Shown here: piece after piece, positions 61,646 through 64,000 of the stretch
Numbering within the stretch: the stretch's first letter is position 1
How the letters are laid out: each line of letters starts with the position of its first letter
Origin: Cyanophora paradoxa CCMP329
Taxonomy: Eukaryota; Plantae; Glaucophyta
Direction of reading: 5' to 3'
NCBI GenBank assembly: GCA_004431415.1
Contig: QPMI01000170.1
Coordinates: 124,001-188,000, forward strand
DNA length: 64,000 nucleotides
Notes under the pieces: model-generated
Seen by the model: only the letters and a program-made list of their open reading frames with translations
Told to the model about the DNA's origin: nothing
The model's database searches: none
Position numbers and translations under genes: made by a program

Positions 61646-63552
61646 GATCCTCCACGATCAGACGGGATGGCAAACCACGGACACAGCTATCGAGTCCGCC
61701 GGCGTACGCAGATGCAGCGCGTAGCCAGGGCTTAGGCAGGCCACCATCGCGGGACAGGAGACAGCATCAGCGCGGCCCGGAATGATCATCGGTGCTCGCG
61801 TGATAGTCGTAGGCAAGACGTATGGACCTATCAGCAGCGGAGAGTCGCAAGCGGAGGCTTGGTCGGAAGCACCCGGACTAGAGCGCCGGTGCGTGCTGGC
61901 TTGGTCAGCGTGGAATCACCCACAGCTAAGCAGACCGAAACAGCGCTGGCGTCCAGCTGGAATCACCCAGCTGCCAGGTTCAACCGAAGCACGGGAATCA
62001 CCCAACGGGCCGACGCAGTCGACGCGCGAGCGTGAAGACTGGTCGCGGGCATCACCCAGTGCTGCTTGCTGACGCTCTTCAACAGACAGGTCCGCTGTCC
62101 GCCGTCCAACTTTAGCTATGGCTGCTCACGTCGTCGTAGGACGTTCCAGAGCGCATTCTTTACGCTTCTGTTGACCTTCGCCCGCCGGACAGGCCTCGGT
62201 CAGACCTCCGCCCGCTGAACAGGCCTCGGTCGCTGATCAAACGCCCCCGACAGGAAAGAACGACAGTCCGCACACGCGTGAGATGTGCGTGAAGCGACTG
62301 ACATCTGGCTTGACGAGCTGGACGTCCCGGAGAAGGGCAGCTACGTCGTCGGAGCCAGGGCAAGGTCTTGGCATCTTGTCTACCGTCTAGGTGCGACAGC
62401 GCGCACAGTAGACTTGACAACAGATAGATGCGCTTCCTCGCATAGAGATCGCTGTCAAGTGGAGCTGCGCCGGCTTCCACTGACGCGTACGCAACCCGCA
62501 GAGCCGAGAGAGACGCGGAGCCGCACGTCCTCTGGATGCAGGGTGGAGTCAAGTGGAGTGATCCTCACGAGGGATGCCACTCGCCGCCGCTGAGCGTGCC
62601 TCGGGAGGTCCGCAGGCGCCACAGCAGCCGTCGTAGGTAAGACCTCGGGCGCGTACTGGGGCCATGTTATCCCAGGGCATTTCACGTCGCAGCGGTTTGA
62701 CTCCATGCGTTCTTCAGATACACTCGCCACCATTGAGCGTGCCTCGGGCTAGCCAGAGGTGCCATCGCAGCCGTCGTAGGTGAGACCTCGGGCGCGTACT
62801 GGGGCCATGTTATCCCAGGGCATTCACGTCTTGGCGGGCTGACTCTGTACTTTCTGCAGAGAGAAAAGATTGATTGACCGGCGCTTCATAGCTGCCTTGC
62901 GAGCCTGGCATGTCACGAGCATGCGGGCAACTCGACAAAACAAGACGACGACGAAAAGAAGGTATGTTCATGAAGAATACTCATTCAGAGAGCTTTTATC
63001 ATCATACGTCTCACTGCACGTGGACCAGAGAAGAAACGACATGCCACGACGACAAGAAGATCATCATTCGATCGGCGTCAACACGCAATTCGATCGGTAT
63101 GACGACGTGTGTAGATGTAGAGGGTGTTGCTCCACATACAATACATTTAGTAGTACGTTGTGGTGTCGTCCCCCGATACAATGCAATACAGTTTCACTCG
63201 ACATGCGCGCGGGCTGCATCAGCATTTGCTCTTGAGCGCAGCCACGGCACGTTTAGATGACTGTGAGCGCATGCGGCTCAATAGACGGGTTGGCGGACGC
63301 TTCCCACTACAGAAAGAGTGGTGCGCCAGGTCCGTAAGCAAGAAAGGCGCAGTGGCGGGTGGAAAGGCATGAACCATGCGGTTCGTATTGCTAAGCTCTG
63401 CCGCATAGGCGCTTCCCACTACAAGAAAGTGGAGGCCGTACGCGCAAGCCAAGGCAAACGATGGCGTGCTTGTCCAGGGGTTCGGGCAAGAGCGCAGCGT
63501 TCGTCCCCAGGCATACGAGCTAAAAAGTCGAAGCCCAACGCAGCAGCCCCCA

Positions 63553-63923
63553 TGCGCTGAGCGGGATGCGCTAAGCAGTAGGCTAGGCCCAGAGGCGCCC
63601 CAAGCAGAGAGGGACAGGCCCGTACAGCACCGTAGGGCGACGGCAAGCGGGTGCCATTACGTACACAGCAGGCGCAGAGCCGGTGTAAGACAGCAAGTAA
63701 CAGGTACAGCGTAAGACAGTAAGTACAGAGAACAAGGACAAGAACGACAGCCAGCAAGCGAGCGCCGCGCAGGGCAAGCGAGGGCCCAGGGCTAAAATAA
63801 GCGGGCCAGTTGGCAACAACGTGGCACCAGGAATAGCAGGCTACAAAGGGTACAAGGCAAGGCAAGCTGCCGGCTTAGAGCCGACGACCAGGGCTAGCTG
63901 GGAGTCGGAAAGTGGGCGGCACA
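63553..63923 (-). repeat. LTR (5' copy in the inferred orientation)
   Basis: Direct repeat of 59671-60041. Confidence 0.93.
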
Positions 63924-64000
63924 CCAAGTTGCCAATTTCATGACCTCTTTCAAATCCGAAATGAGGGGTCAGTTTCATGCTGGTTGATAAGGCATTTTGA

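Larger units (their letters stand above)
59671..63923 (-). mobile_element. Non-autonomous LTR retroelement (LARD/TRIM-like), 4253 bp
   Basis: Two 371-bp TG...CA LTRs identical by eye; 5-bp TSD CCAAG (59666-59670 and 63924-63928); minus-strand PBS-like TGGGGGCT next to the right LTR and purine-rich AGCGGGAAGCG next to the left LTR; no gag/pol ORF recognised. Confidence 0.9.

Noticed and set aside
62963-63008. Box C/D-like motif on the minus strand (GTATGATGA...CTGA...CATAC) in the LTR interior
   Set aside because: Only ~46 nt with no identifiable guide sequence; too weak to call a snoRNA

Overview
Gene-dense, very GC-rich eukaryotic genomic DNA with about 23 multi-exon protein-coding genes split by short (~45-90 nt) spliceosomal introns. 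PACRG points to a flagellated cell and an LCIB-family gene suggests an alga; a glaucophyte such as Cyanophora is a guess only. Recognisable genes: a BTB protein, a secreted S9-like hydrolase, an ADP-forming acetate-CoA ligase, an LCIB/C-like beta-carbonic anhydrase, exocyst Sec8, a SAM-domain membrane protein, a SIN-type Cdc14-like protein, a beta-propeller/TRP-like membrane protein, a PH-like-domain protein, EMC2, SUGP1, RPL37A, RPA3, a GT-A glycosyltransferase, an acyltransferase-3, MAF1, an F-box/LRR protein, an S6K-like kinase, SNRNP40, PACRG and LIN37. Mobile DNA: two related ~0.5 kb hAT-type MITEs with 8-bp TSDs, and a 4.25 kb non-coding LTR element with identical 371-bp LTRs, a 5-bp TSD and an internal perfect 565-bp inverted repeat. 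The most unusual signals are (1) very frequent GC-AG introns, often with C-rich 5' halves and G-rich 3' halves and sense-strand-only poly-C, (2) the hairpin-carrying LTR element, (3) a long two-Met organelle-type presequence on the ADP-forming acetate-CoA ligase, and (4) near-systematic head-to-head gene pairs. Most ORFs in the supplied track are GC shadow ORFs. CDS coordinates are gene spans including introns, some ends are approximate, and homopolymer indel errors are likely. All family calls come from motif recognition, not database searches.
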